Source: a virus. Taken from it: a stretch of DNA of 64,000 bases. The position numbers were made by a program, and so were the translations under genes. The DNA lies in IMG/VR virus record IMGVR_UViG_3300050821_002279, positions 12,956 through 76,955 of that record. One strand, 5' to 3'. Below the pieces are notes generated by a model. That model was not told the origin of the DNA and made no database searches. It saw nothing but the letters and a program-made list of their open reading frames with translations. This document shows, piece after piece, positions 1 to 10,761 of the stretch; the first letter of the stretch is position 1; every line of letters begins with the position of its first letter.

Positions 1-10
1 GGTCGGGTGG

Positions 11-652
11 GTGGTCGATGGAAGGGTTAAGGGCTGGAAAAAGTGGAACGACAGAAACCGGACGCCAGAGGAGGATGCGCTTCGAAAGCAGGTCGAATAC
101 TGGAAGCAAAAGGCTGATTCAAAAGACGTTGCAAAGTCGTCACAACAACCTCCCCAATTTCTCCCAAATCCTCCCAGACCTCCCCAGTCAGAGGAGAGGA
201 GAGGAGAGGAGAGTACAAATACAGTACCCCCTACCCCCTTAGAAGCTTTTGAAATCTTCTGGAGTGAATACCCCAGGAAGATGAAACGCGGGGATGCGGA
301 ACATGCTTTTGCAGAGGTTAACGCCCACAAGTTTATAAACGACATCGTCGCTGCCATTCGCTCCCAAAAATCATCTGAGGGATGGCTTAAGGACTCTGGC
401 AAATTTATCCCGTACCCGGCAAATTGGATTCGCGACAAGCAATGGTTGGATCAGGCGAACGGTCACGAAATTAAACTGGAAGAATTTTGTACAAAAAATG
501 CGACCCGGTTCAGGGTGATTAGCAATAAAGGATACATTTACTGGACTCGCACTGATGGGGGGCCAAGGCGCGAGCAGTGGGGGAACAATCAAGATCAGGA
601 AAAGTCCTTTCAGGCGACTCGTCAGGCATACGACGACTGGGTAAAGCTGTAA
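11..652 (+). CDS. Phage replication initiator (O-like), probably 5'-truncated by the window edge
   Basis: Contains 'FEIFWSEYPRK..RGDAEHAF...FIPYPANWI...W.D', the typical C-terminal domain of phage replisome organisers; lies directly upstream of the helicase. Confidence 0.7.
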   Translation: MVDGRVKGWKKWNDRNRTPEEDALRKQVEYWKQKADSKDVAKSSQQPPQFLPNPPRPPQSEERRGEESTNTVPPTPLEAFEIFWSEYPRKMKRGDAEHAFAEVNAHKFINDIVAAIRSQKSSEGWLKDSGKFIPYPANWIRDKQWLDQANGHEIKLEEFCTKNATRFRVISNKGYIYWTRTDGGPRREQWGNNQDQEKSFQATRQAYDDWVKL

Positions 653-657
653 ATTTT

Positions 658-2121
658 ATGTCTGACCGATTTGAAGATACAAATTGTGAAAACAGGGAAA
701 GTACAAGCTCGGCAGATCGCCTGCCCCCTCACGACGAGGGCGCTGAGCGGGCTGTGCTTGGGTCGATACTCATCGATCCGTCAGTTAACATTCACGAGGT
801 TATTCTTCATCTAAAAAACGGCTCAGATGTTTTTTTTGATCACAGGCACCGGCTGATTTTCAACACGATGTTGGAACTATTTGATGATGATGTGCCAATC
901 GACACGGTGACTCTTTATGAGCGCCTTAACATCTGGGGAAAATCAGAACAAGCCGGGGGAGTCTCTTATATTTCCACGCTGGCTGACGCAGTAACCTCAA
1001 CGCAGAATCTTAAAACATGGATGCAAATAATTCTTGGGAAGTACATCGTCAGGAACGTGCTTGCGTTCTGCACCGAAAGAGCCCAAGCAGCTTTCGGGGT
1101 CAACGGCAACTCAGAACAATTTTTAAGCCAGTTTGAACACGATGCTTTGGCAATACGCGGTTCAGCGGAATCGTGTGCATCAACAGTGGACGTTCACTCG
1201 TCGATATCGTCTCTGTTGGTTGATTACGAGAACGCCGCCAACAATAGTGCGCCGGTCGGAATTCAAACCGGATTTATCGATCTCGACCGGCTTGGCGGTG
1301 GAATGATGGAGCAGGAATTAATCATCCTGGCTGGACTTAGGAGCACCGGAAAAACAACGCTTGCACTCAACATCGCTTACAATGTGGCTATGGCCGGAAT
1401 TGGCGTTGGAATAATTTCACTGGAGACCAGCGGCAAGAAATTAATTCATCGGCTGGCGTGTTACTCTGGGGAAATTTCCGGTTCCGATTTAATGAGAGGC
1501 AGAAATCTAGATACGAATGCTCCAAAAGTTACTGCCGCATTTGGCCGCATAATTTCATTTCAGGAACGGCTATTGATTTGCGAGCGGGCCGATATGAGCA
1601 CAACGGAACTGGGCGCATTGTGCCGTCGAATGCACCAAAGAGGGGCAAGACTGTTTATCATCGACTACCTTCAGCTTTTAAACACACAGGGAAAATCCGA
1701 GTACGAGAGGATCACTGCCGCTTCTAAGTTTGGGAAACGACTCGCGAAGTCGCTGAACGCTCCAGTTATCTTACTCTCGGCGCTCAACCGGGAATCTGAA
1801 AAGGGTAACAAACCAAGGAAGCCAAGACTTTCCGACTTGAGGGCCTCGGGACAAATTGAATACGACGCGGACAAGGCTTGGCTCCTTTACGATCCTGAGT
1901 TCAAAGAAGAGTTCAACAACGAAGAATCTCGCCACGTCGCTCTCGACTTCGCAAAAAATAAAGACGGCCCGACTGGAACGGTCAACCTCACCTTTTTCCC
2001 AAAACAATTTCGCATGGCATCAGCGGCCAGTGTCAGCGATGATTATGTTCCGCCGCACATTTACCACGAACCACAACAACAAGCAGGACTACCTTACGCC
2101 GATGACTCGGGCACAACTTAA
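658..2121 (+). CDS. dnaB: Replicative DNA helicase, DnaB family
   Basis: N-terminal 'LPPHD..AERAVLGSIL', Walker A 'GLRSTGKT', 'IIDYLQLL', 'LSALNR', 'PRLSDLRASGQIEYDAD' and 'KNKDGPTG'. Start moved to ATG 658. Confidence 0.95.
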   Translation: MSDRFEDTNCENRESTSSADRLPPHDEGAERAVLGSILIDPSVNIHEVILHLKNGSDVFFDHRHRLIFNTMLELFDDDVPIDTVTLYERLNIWGKSEQAGGVSYISTLADAVTSTQNLKTWMQIILGKYIVRNVLAFCTERAQAAFGVNGNSEQFLSQFEHDALAIRGSAESCASTVDVHSSISSLLVDYENAANNSAPVGIQTGFIDLDRLGGGMMEQELIILAGLRSTGKTTLALNIAYNVAMAGIGVGIISLETSGKKLIHRLACYSGEISGSDLMRGRNLDTNAPKVTAAFGRIISFQERLLICERADMSTTELGALCRRMHQRGARLFIIDYLQLLNTQGKSEYERITAASKFGKRLAKSLNAPVILLSALNRESEKGNKPRKPRLSDLRASGQIEYDADKAWLLYDPEFKEEFNNEESRHVALDFAKNKDGPTGTVNLTFFPKQFRMASAASVSDDYVPPHIYHEPQQQAGLPYADDSGTT

Positions 2122-2296
2122 TTGCAGGACTGAGCAAATGGAGGCATTCAGAAGAGATTTTGAAATCTTTTGGGCACCTGTAAGAGAGCGCATCATTAAG
2201 GAAGGCTATATGGAAAAACGCCACATCGCCATGCTCGAATTGTTCCTGTGGCGCGAATGGCTAAAGCGACACGATCACAAAACAAATAACCAATGA
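2102..2296 (+). CDS. Small hypothetical protein
   Basis: ATG 2102; overlaps the helicase stop and is coupled to the next ORF by an ATGA overlap. Confidence 0.45.
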   Translation: MTRAQLNCRTEQMEAFRRDFEIFWAPVRERIIKEGYMEKRHIAMLELFLWREWLKRHDHKTNNQ

Positions 2297-2496
2297 ACAC
2301 AACGATTGACATACCCCCAAAAAACACCGGCTTATCCCAGAAGTGGCGGGACAAGATCCTTGCGACGAAGATCGGGGGACACTTCGACGTGGATACTGAG
2401 ATGCACCGCAAATCCGTGATGAGTCATCGGCATGGAGCAAAACTTACGTCGCGAAAGATCGTGGGGCTGGGATATAGGATTTGGAGACTCGCATGA
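2293..2496 (+). CDS. Small hypothetical, possibly DNA-binding protein
   Basis: Coupled on both sides by ATGA overlaps; basic, ending 'GYRIWRLA'. Confidence 0.55.
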   Translation: MNTTIDIPPKNTGLSQKWRDKILATKIGGHFDVDTEMHRKSVMSHRHGAKLTSRKIVGLGYRIWRLA

Positions 2497-2786
2497 GTGT
2501 TTACGTTGACGATATGAAGGCCGGGTTCGGCAACATGATCATGTGCCACATGATTGCTGATACCACCGAAGAGCTTGTCGCAATGGCCGTCGCTATCGGA
2601 GTCAAAACCAAATGGATTCAGAAGCCCGGAACACACGCTGAGCACTTCGATATTTGCCTCACGAAAAGAGCTTTAGCGATTATTCACGGAGCACTTCCAA
2701 TTTCACAGATGGAGCTTGGCCGTAAGCTTCTCAAGCGAAGGCGCAATAAAACGGCATTGCAGCTTGTCGTGGAAGATGCGTTGTGA
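2493..2786 (+). CDS. DUF4031-like protein
   Basis: 'MSVYVDD...MCHMIADTTEEL..MA..IG....WIQ.....EHFDI...KRALAI' matches the family pattern as I recall it. Confidence 0.75.
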   Translation: MSVYVDDMKAGFGNMIMCHMIADTTEELVAMAVAIGVKTKWIQKPGTHAEHFDICLTKRALAIIHGALPISQMELGRKLLKRRRNKTALQLVVEDAL

Positions 2787-2946
2787 GTGCAACTTCTTTC
2801 CATCGCGGGAAGAGCGGCGTGTACGTTTCGCCGTTGGATATTCCACGGCTGTTAAAATGGAAGCCAAGCAAGCGCCTCAAACGAAAGCTCGCGGAGCTTC
2901 AGACGATAACGATGACGGTGATACCGGATAACAACGTGAGAATTCG

Positions 2947-3192
2947 GTGAGCGAAGAAACGGAAATACTTTGGAGAAACAAACCCCACACCCACCAACCG
3001 CACAATGCGTGCAAGGGATGGAAGCATTACGACTACGTTTCGCAGAAGGACGCGGAATGGTTTATGAAGAATAGGGCGAGCTTCGACGAGCACTTTGAAT
3101 ACGCTATTGCGCGACCGGCTCGGGCCGAGAAAGCTCTTCCTTGTCCTCAGGTTGAGACGCCATCTGAGCCTTTGCCCGAAGGAAAAGCTTGA
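2947..3192 (+). CDS. Hypothetical protein
   Basis: 81-aa ORF ending convergently with the large minus-strand gene. Confidence 0.35.
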   Translation: MSEETEILWRNKPHTHQPHNACKGWKHYDYVSQKDAEWFMKNRASFDEHFEYAIARPARAEKALPCPQVETPSEPLPEGKA

Positions 3193-6100
3193 ACATTGCT
3201 TTCTTCGATTGCTTCGCAGATTCAACGGTCTTTTTTTGATCGGCTGTCAGCGTCTTGATAAACTCCTTTTCATTATCAACGCCTCCCGCAAACGGACTGG
3301 TTGAATACTTTCTCCAATATTCATTAAGATGGAAGTTAGTGTTGCCCTTTTTATCCGCGTGCCACTTCGCATCTTTAAGCCTTTTGATTTCTTTCACAGC
3401 GCCAGCCTCGTCTCCATTCGCAAGGGCGAGCTTTAGTGGGCGCAATGGATCTTTATCGCTGTCGTAAATAAACTCGCCCTTTTCTTGGATGCCGTGTTTG
3501 TCTTTCCACTTCTGCGCCATCTTATACGCCTGATCGGTGTCGGCATAGCGTCTCGCGGTGACGCCAAACCCATTCCACAAAGATTCGACCAGGCTGCGTT
3601 CTCGGCTCGACCGCAGTGTAATCGGGGTAAGTGTTGTAACATCGTCCCATATTTGCTCCATCCAACTGCGCTTCCTCCCGAAGTAATCGCGCCCAGTAGC
3701 CATCTCAATAATCGGTCGAACAAGAATCGGATTCACGCGAGACATCCAGAACTGGCGCTCATTGGAAAGCATGTGAAGCACGTCTCCCTGGACCGTGCGC
3801 AACCCGTAAGCCTTGCCTTTATAGATAATGCTGAAAGCATTTTCCGGCTCAAGGTGAGGCTGGCCGTTAAGGATTTGATTGCCGATCCTGGCAAGCGCGT
3901 ACATAACCGATGCCCCAAGAAGCAAGGCCTGCCTTTGCTCATTGCTCGTAAGCGGGCCTCCACGCTTCCAATACTCAGCAGTTCGAATGTCACCAGCCCC
4001 CGGCTGGAAAGCCTGTCCAACGAACTTAGCGCGGGAAATTAAAAAGTCGGGCGCAAACATTATGATGCTTCGCAAGTCCTGCATCGTCTTGCTGTTTTCA
4101 AGGACAATTCGATTTTGGCCCCCAAAGGCTCCGTTGGCTTGATTCGCCGTCTTGTGGTACAAATCTTCCATCGAGACTTCGCCGCTGGCCAATTCGTTTT
4201 TATATCGCTGCACGTTTCTTTCGAGAGCGTGAGTCGCCATCGTCATTTTAAGGCGTGGGATAAAGTCCTTGAAAAGATAGTTGTGATACCACTCCAAAAA
4301 CCCGCCAAGATAGGGAATGTGTTTCGAAATGGAACGCCCCATCAATCCCTCGCTCTGCATGATGTAATCGCCGCCGATAGTTAATCCACCTCGAAGCAAT
4401 CCATCAACGTCAGGTTTTCCAAATTCGATCTTTTGATCGATTTTCCAAGGCAATACTCCGTGTTCGATTCCGTGAACTATTTCTTGAACTTGGTGAAACC
4501 CGGACAAATCCAACATTGTTTGCTTGGCGGTAGATCCAACCGACAACACTGCTCTTGCGGCGGTGCGAAGACCCGGGCGCTCGGCATCGCGCAACCCGGA
4601 CTTTCCAAGCAGGGCATCCACGCGATGAACGAAGTCTGGGTGAATTGCGAGATCGCCCTTGACCCAAATCGGAACCGCCCCACCTTCGTCGGCATTGGCA
4701 ACCCACTTCCAACCCTGTAACGCTGGATACTTTCTATCGGTTGCATAATCCGTTCGTTCATTTTCCGGGTTCGACACCTTCTTGAGAAAAGCCTTGCGAT
4801 TGATTTCGTCCTGAGTCAATGGACCCGGCTTATTATTCAACTGACTTAATTCCGTTTTTTCATCGGAGGTCAATTCCCTGAAGCTCGGAAGGTAAGACGG
4901 GTTTATGAAATGAGCGGTAGCTGGAGCCCCATCAAATTCAGTAAGTTTTCTATCGCCACCGGCAACGGCGAAAACCGGCCTGCCGTCTGGAGCCTTTATG
5001 CCCGCATGCTTGACACCATTCGCATCCTTGTATCCAACCATTTTCGCGACGAACTCTCTCGCGGCAATCGCCTTGCTCAAAGATGACTCATAATGCGTGA
5101 TGCGCGGAACAAAATCTTGAACAGGCTTATATCCCAATCGCTCCGCTTCCCAATCCATCTGGAAAACTCTCTTTCTAATCAATGACGGATTCCGAGAAAG
5201 AATTCCACTTTGAACGTACCCAATCATCTTGTTGGCCGCTTCCGGGTCGTGTTCAAAAATACGATGGATGAAATTTTCAACGCCGTGTTCGAGCACGCCA
5301 GCATCAATAGCCTCCTGCAAACGAGCCTCAAAATAATTGCGAATGTTTTGCGCTGCCGTCAAAGCATCTCCGCTCAAGTGCATCGCGTCGATGTAGGCTT
5401 GTCGATATTGCGGCTTTGTGTGATTAGCGCCCCACAACAAGTCTCCGGTTGATCCGCCAGCATCAACCCACTTTAAAACAGCCGCCCTTTCTGATTTGCT
5501 CTTTACGTTTTTAAGAACGGTATTTGCAAACTGAGTAACGCGATACCCCCGCTCTTCAAGCGCCTTGGACAATTCGCCCTTCTCTCGAAGCATATCGTCG
5601 ATATTATCAAAGCCTTTCCATGCTGCTTTGACATAATCGCCAGAGGCTTTCAGTCCCGCGACCGCTTTGGAAACGACATCGCTGCCTTTTGCAAGGTCTT
5701 GCCCGACTTGATAAACCGCCTTCACTTTATCGGAAATCGAACCGGGAGTTTGGATGGCATCCTTGAAATCTTTGTAAACCCTGACCGTGCCAGCGAACTC
5801 CTCGGCGGCACGCTGCCTTGCGGTTAGCTTCTTCCCCTTTATGTTCTGGAAGGATTCGGTTAATTGCTCGATCTGCGTTTTAGGATCTGGCCCTTGGAAT
5901 ATCGAAGGAGATCCCGGGCCTTTCAGTTTTTCTCGCCGCAACGCCTCTTTCTTTTCCCTGTTACTTTTAAACGACGAAGGATCAAGGCCAACTCGCCGAA
6001 GCTCATCATCCAGTTCTTTCTTGGACATTCCCTTTCCCTTGGCCTTTTCTTCGGGGGAACGCTCGCGAACTTCCTGCAACTGCGATTCGAGAACAACTTC

Positions 6101-8899
6101 TTCTTTCCCCGTCTTGTCGTTCTTGATTCGCACTGGCTGCTCACCATTGGCGATTTCAACTTCCGTCGCGGGAAGATGCTCAATGACTGAGTAAGTCTGC
6201 GGGCCTTCGTTCTTCAAGCGCACCTTCCCGCGTTGTTTCGGTACTTCTGGCGGTGCGCCTGCGGGTTCTGGTTTAGCGCCCTCGGGCACTTCTCGCTTCT
6301 CCAGCAAATCGCCCTGTTGCTTCCGCTCAATCTCCCTTGCTTCCGCCGCAGTCTTTTCAGCCTTCGCTTTCTCAGCGGCAATGCGCTCCGAGTCGGAACC
6401 TTTTTCGCCAACAAGCGCAAATTCTTCATCGACGTTCTTGAGAAGATCGCCGGTACCTTTTTCCATCGCGCCAAGCTTCGGAACTTCCGGTTTGGCTTCA
6501 GGCTTTATCGGCTCCGCTTCCGGTGCGGCGGGTTCCGGCGCAAAGGTTGCCTCGTCTTCCGGCGATGGCTCCCACTTCTCAACCCAGATACTTTCTCCTT
6601 CTGCTAATTTCTGAGTCCCGAATTTTCGACCGTCTTCCAAGATTAAATCGCCTGTGTCGTGATCGAGCTTCGTAATCTCAATGCGCTCCCCGCCAACTTC
6701 GAGCTGATCACCGACCTTTAATTGATTCCATGAAAGATGTTTCACCCCTTCCTCGGTTGCTTTCAGCCAATCTGCGTTCTTCTTCGAAAACGAAACATGC
6801 TCTTCCTCTTCCTCCTTCCGAAACTTTTCCTCTCGCGCCTCGACTTCGAAAGCCTTCGACCGCGCCTTGCTCGCCTTATCCATTTTGGCGAAAAGTTCAT
6901 TAACGGAAGGCTCTTTGAGAAGTCCAGCTTCGTACGCTGTTTGCGCCACAACATCCGGGGTAGATCCTTTCTCGCTGTAAACAAGGTTGTGATGTGCCCG
7001 TTGCAAAGTAACTGAGTCATCGTAGAGCGATTTGTTCTGCCGAAACCATTCCCTGCCTTTTTTTAGACGCGCAGCCGACTTGCTCAGCATCTTCATGTTG
7101 TCGCGCATCCACGAGAGAATGTCGGGACCGTTTAGCTCGGTCTCTCGGTCAAAACGTTTTGTGGAGCTTAGGGCTTGCGCTACCCTTTGTTCCTTGGATG
7201 CTTCGGGTTTGGGTGCTTCTTGACCCCCTCGTGCGCCATCTTCCGGCTTTGCGCCTTCGACGGGCATTTCCCGTGCGCCTTCTCCGGGTTGTGGCTGCAC
7301 AGTTCGAAGAAGTTGTGGGCTTTCTGGGTGTAAGGCATTCGGCTTTCCTTTCTCGTTTATGATTTCGTCAATCTGCTGCGCTTTGTCGGCAACAGCTTCC
7401 AAGTCTTCCTCACCGTGAATCTTCGTGGCGATATCCGTAGCGCGTTCTTTGCCCGATTCAAGATCCGCAATATCGGCATCGCTCAATCCAAGCGCCTTGA
7501 GCATTGTCCTCTTTTCAAACGGGATGGCGAACCACACCTCATCGGAATGCAGCTTCCCCCTTTGCGGCTCATTCAAAAGCTGACCGGACTTGCGAGCAAT
7601 CTCTAAACTCTCATCCCGCGACACGTACCGCGTCTTGCCTGTTTGTGGATCTTGGACTTCGAAACCGTATTCGTCGCCGTGTCTCTCGGTCGGGATCTTC
7701 GGCGCTTCGACGTTTTGACCCTTCGCAGCCTCAATGTGATTCTTTCCTGTGGATGTTTCTCCGGTCTCGGGATGGGTAAAACTTGCCGCAGTGAGTTGCT
7801 CGGGAACGGCGCTAGAAGGCTGTTCTGCGTTCTCCGGTGCCTCTGTGGGTGGTTTTTCGGCCTCGGGTGGGGTGGAGACAGCGCCCAAATCGTCCTGGGG
7901 CTTTTTAACCTCAACCACACCCTGTTTCGGCTCTTGGGCCATCAGCCCTTCAAAAATCTTTTCTCCACTCGTTTTCGCAGATTCGAGAATTGCGGGTTGC
8001 TGAGCAACGGCAGCGGCAGTCATCGGCGCAACCGCTTCAGCGCCTTTTGCCGCATTCTGCAAAGCTACGTCGGCGGGTTTCTCTTGTGCGCGACGGGTCA
8101 GAGTTTTGATGAGATTGGAAATGACCGGCTTAACTGGAGGCTGTCCAAGGCCTGCCCTTCTGTCGTTAATCCTGTCAATAGCCGCGCTATGGGTTATCGC
8201 CCCGGCCATAACCGCAGTAGCCAAACCCTCGGTGATATCCTGTGGATCTTTAGTGACCGAAGCTGTTCCAAGCTGTTGACCCGCTTCCTTGGCCATCAGA
8301 CCGGCAAATATTCCCTTGAGGACTGGGCCGATAAACCTTGCAGGTAGGGTTTCAGGCGCAAGCATCGTCGCGATGCCAGATGGAGAAAGACCGAAGTTAA
8401 CAGCGCCAGCGCCAGCATTGTACAACCCAGCCGCAACCTTTTCAGACATACCGGCTTCCGGTGGAGTCCGAACAGTTGGAATCCCCATGCCTTCAACAGG
8501 CATTACCTTTGTGCCGCCGATGTCGATTGGCTTTTTGCTTACATCAGATGGAGCGGTAAGCATTCCCGCCTGTTCCCAGTTTCTTGCAGCACGTTCAAGA
8601 GCATTTCGCGGCGGTTGCCCTTCTTGGCCAATAGCGCGGAGAAATGAGGATTCCTCACGTCCAGCCTGAGCAGCTTCCCCCGCAGCCGGATTTGAAAGAA
8701 CGTCGATTAACGAGCTAACCCCTGATTGAACGGCCTTGATTGATCGATCCGCGACTACTCCCTGGAACTCGGTTTTGAACGCGGGATCGCTATCGAGATA
8801 GGCTGGATATTTTGAGCCAATTCGAAGCGTAAGCTCATCCTCTGGAACATCGGCATATTGAGGATACTTCTCGCGAACCTTGTCCAGAACTTCGCTCAT
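3104..8899 (-). CDS. Very large (1931 aa) probable internal virion / DNA-ejection protein
   Basis: Size, Ala/Glu/Lys/Pro-rich low-complexity middle and position at the end of the tail operon, as for podoviral ejection proteins. Confidence 0.65.
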   Translation of the reverse strand: MSEVLDKVREKYPQYADVPEDELTLRIGSKYPAYLDSDPAFKTEFQGVVADRSIKAVQSGVSSLIDVLSNPAAGEAAQAGREESSFLRAIGQEGQPPRNALERAARNWEQAGMLTAPSDVSKKPIDIGGTKVMPVEGMGIPTVRTPPEAGMSEKVAAGLYNAGAGAVNFGLSPSGIATMLAPETLPARFIGPVLKGIFAGLMAKEAGQQLGTASVTKDPQDITEGLATAVMAGAITHSAAIDRINDRRAGLGQPPVKPVISNLIKTLTRRAQEKPADVALQNAAKGAEAVAPMTAAAVAQQPAILESAKTSGEKIFEGLMAQEPKQGVVEVKKPQDDLGAVSTPPEAEKPPTEAPENAEQPSSAVPEQLTAASFTHPETGETSTGKNHIEAAKGQNVEAPKIPTERHGDEYGFEVQDPQTGKTRYVSRDESLEIARKSGQLLNEPQRGKLHSDEVWFAIPFEKRTMLKALGLSDADIADLESGKERATDIATKIHGEEDLEAVADKAQQIDEIINEKGKPNALHPESPQLLRTVQPQPGEGAREMPVEGAKPEDGARGGQEAPKPEASKEQRVAQALSSTKRFDRETELNGPDILSWMRDNMKMLSKSAARLKKGREWFRQNKSLYDDSVTLQRAHHNLVYSEKGSTPDVVAQTAYEAGLLKEPSVNELFAKMDKASKARSKAFEVEAREEKFRKEEEEEHVSFSKKNADWLKATEEGVKHLSWNQLKVGDQLEVGGERIEITKLDHDTGDLILEDGRKFGTQKLAEGESIWVEKWEPSPEDEATFAPEPAAPEAEPIKPEAKPEVPKLGAMEKGTGDLLKNVDEEFALVGEKGSDSERIAAEKAKAEKTAAEAREIERKQQGDLLEKREVPEGAKPEPAGAPPEVPKQRGKVRLKNEGPQTYSVIEHLPATEVEIANGEQPVRIKNDKTGKEEVVLESQLQEVRERSPEEKAKGKGMSKKELDDELRRVGLDPSSFKSNREKKEALRREKLKGPGSPSIFQGPDPKTQIEQLTESFQNIKGKKLTARQRAAEEFAGTVRVYKDFKDAIQTPGSISDKVKAVYQVGQDLAKGSDVVSKAVAGLKASGDYVKAAWKGFDNIDDMLREKGELSKALEERGYRVTQFANTVLKNVKSKSERAAVLKWVDAGGSTGDLLWGANHTKPQYRQAYIDAMHLSGDALTAAQNIRNYFEARLQEAIDAGVLEHGVENFIHRIFEHDPEAANKMIGYVQSGILSRNPSLIRKRVFQMDWEAERLGYKPVQDFVPRITHYESSLSKAIAAREFVAKMVGYKDANGVKHAGIKAPDGRPVFAVAGGDRKLTEFDGAPATAHFINPSYLPSFRELTSDEKTELSQLNNKPGPLTQDEINRKAFLKKVSNPENERTDYATDRKYPALQGWKWVANADEGGAVPIWVKGDLAIHPDFVHRVDALLGKSGLRDAERPGLRTAARAVLSVGSTAKQTMLDLSGFHQVQEIVHGIEHGVLPWKIDQKIEFGKPDVDGLLRGGLTIGGDYIMQSEGLMGRSISKHIPYLGGFLEWYHNYLFKDFIPRLKMTMATHALERNVQRYKNELASGEVSMEDLYHKTANQANGAFGGQNRIVLENSKTMQDLRSIIMFAPDFLISRAKFVGQAFQPGAGDIRTAEYWKRGGPLTSNEQRQALLLGASVMYALARIGNQILNGQPHLEPENAFSIIYKGKAYGLRTVQGDVLHMLSNERQFWMSRVNPILVRPIIEMATGRDYFGRKRSWMEQIWDDVTTLTPITLRSSRERSLVESLWNGFGVTARRYADTDQAYKMAQKWKDKHGIQEKGEFIYDSDKDPLRPLKLALANGDEAGAVKEIKRLKDAKWHADKKGNTNFHLNEYWRKYSTSPFAGGVDNEKEFIKTLTADQKKTVESAKQSKKAMFKLFLRAKAQMASQPEDKEELSRPEPVAQ

Positions 8900-10038
8900 T
8901 TGCTGAACAATCCAAGGGGATCTTTGTCGGATGCGGCTGGGGCTGGGGCGGCAGCAGGCGCGTTGGTCGAAGCATCCGGTTTTGGAGCTTCCACTTTGGG
9001 AGTCGGCGTCATCGACCGATAAACCCTGGCAAGAATCTGCCGCGTTTTCTGAGCAGATACGGCTTCCGTTTCAATGTTCCCAGCCGCGTCAACGGCAGGA
9101 TTCTTTCGGAGAGAAGCGTACACCGTGTTGTAATGACGGTTGATAAAGTCGGTTTCGCCAATCGTGTTCCCCTTCGAATCCTTCCGCGAAAGCCCCCTGA
9201 GTTTCTCGATGTCAACGCGGCCCTCCTGCTTTATCTTTTCAAGCTCAATCCGATCTTCCTGCCGAATATCCTCTGTCTTTCTGGTCTCCTCACCGCGAGC
9301 TTTGGCGACATCGACTGGGGAAACATTGGCCTTTGTTATCGCATCGTCGTAAGCCTTCAATACCTCCGTTGGCGCTCCAGACTCAGCCGCCCTTTGCCGC
9401 TCAGCCTGAAGCTTCCCGATTGGCGATAAGGTTTGCTGAATACGCTCCGACTTATCCATGCCAAACGCGGAGTAACCCTCTCGCTTCCTGGCATTGTCCA
9501 CGATGCCTAAAATGTCATCATCGGGGCCAATAGGCTTACCGTTAACCATTCGCCAGCCGCGATCATTGAGCTTGCCCTGACTGTCCTGAATGATTTGCGC
9601 GATTTGCCCCTTCTCTGCGGGGTTAAGCAATCCAAAGCTTTTACCCCAGTCGCCGTATTCTTGAACACGCTGAATCTCTTGCTGGCCTTCCGCCGATTTC
9701 TGTTTGATGGTATCCGCGCCCATGAGGTTTTTACCAAGCTCCATCCAGTAAGGCTGAGTGCGCGGGCTCAGCAGGTACTCCGGGTGTTCCTGATTGACCT
9801 TGAGCCAAGCGGCGGTTGAATCCAAACCTTGCGCGTGTTCAATGATCGGCTTTAGCTCATCCTTGGTTTTCTGGATCTCTTTTTCTTTCAGCGCCTCCTG
9901 CTGCTGTCGGGCATACGACGCCTGAAAAGCTTGATCGAACGACGCAGCATTGGCGCGGCCCTCTTGACCAAGGATCGCGTCTCTTTCCTCGGGGGCCATC
10001 CAGCGAGGTGTTGCGGTTCCGCCAAACAAGTCACTCAT
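8896..10038 (-). CDS. Probable internal virion / ejection protein
   Basis: 380 aa, Gln/Glu/Ala-rich helical composition, translationally coupled to the giant ORF. Confidence 0.55.
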   Translation of the reverse strand: MSDLFGGTATPRWMAPEERDAILGQEGRANAASFDQAFQASYARQQQEALKEKEIQKTKDELKPIIEHAQGLDSTAAWLKVNQEHPEYLLSPRTQPYWMELGKNLMGADTIKQKSAEGQQEIQRVQEYGDWGKSFGLLNPAEKGQIAQIIQDSQGKLNDRGWRMVNGKPIGPDDDILGIVDNARKREGYSAFGMDKSERIQQTLSPIGKLQAERQRAAESGAPTEVLKAYDDAITKANVSPVDVAKARGEETRKTEDIRQEDRIELEKIKQEGRVDIEKLRGLSRKDSKGNTIGETDFINRHYNTVYASLRKNPAVDAAGNIETEAVSAQKTRQILARVYRSMTPTPKVEAPKPDASTNAPAAAPAPAASDKDPLGLFSK

Positions 10039-10050
10039 TCAGAATTCCCT

Positions 10051-10515
10051 TCACGTCGGGTTATCATGTTTATCGTGCTGAAGCAAATAATCAGTCTCGC
10101 GAATCTTCGGGCTCAGGCTGCGCATGTGCTTCCAACCGCCACAGATCGCGGCGACTACGAGCAACATTTCGTCTCCGCAACAGCGAAGCACGTCGGCAAT
10201 CTTCCTTCGGTGAGGCTCTGGCGACCTCTCCCAGGCCACCGAGTCAGCGTAAAGATTTGTGACGGTTAACACTGGCGAGAACAGCTTGTCCCGATGCGCC
10301 ACGTAAAAAGAGCAGTTGTAAAGAAGCGCGGCCATGACGAAGCACTCAAGGATTTCTTCATTGCTAGTCGTCGGCCTGCCGTCCTCTTTGTTGTCGATGA
10401 TATCATCAATGCGATGGCAGTAGGTGTACCAAAGGTGACAGAATTCCTCCGCTGCCTTGTTGCCCCGGCAAAGCTCAACGGTAAAAGCGTGTGCCGCTTT
10501 GGTTTCTTCACTCAT
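10051..10515 (-). CDS. Small helical protein with a DDxxD motif (isoprenoid-synthase-like fold?)
   Basis: 'CHRIDDIIDNKED' in a predicted all-alpha 154-aa protein. Confidence 0.5.
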   Translation of the reverse strand: MSEETKAAHAFTVELCRGNKAAEEFCHLWYTYCHRIDDIIDNKEDGRPTTSNEEILECFVMAALLYNCSFYVAHRDKLFSPVLTVTNLYADSVAWERSPEPHRRKIADVLRCCGDEMLLVVAAICGGWKHMRSLSPKIRETDYLLQHDKHDNPT

Positions 10516-10761
10516 CTAATCTTCCCACAAGGGATTCTTCTCGATAATTTGGTATTGATGCGGCTGAAGGACTTTTCCGCCGTGGGCCATGTGTTTCTGA
10601 ACTCTCATTCGCTTCGGCTTGCCTTCCGTTGTCGCGTCGATGCAGTTGCAAAGAAGTCTCTCTTTGAACTCTGGCGCGTAAACGATGTACCAAGACCCGA
10701 TGCAATCAGGCTTGTAGATTGTCAGTGTTCCGCTTGGGGTTTCGCAGGTTACGGTGCTCAT
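10516..10761 (-). CDS. Hypothetical protein
   Basis: ATG 10761 overlaps the stop of the upstream gene (ATGA). Confidence 0.4.
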   Translation of the reverse strand: MSTVTCETPSGTLTIYKPDCIGSWYIVYAPEFKERLLCNCIDATTEGKPKRMRVQKHMAHGGKVLQPHQYQIIEKNPLWED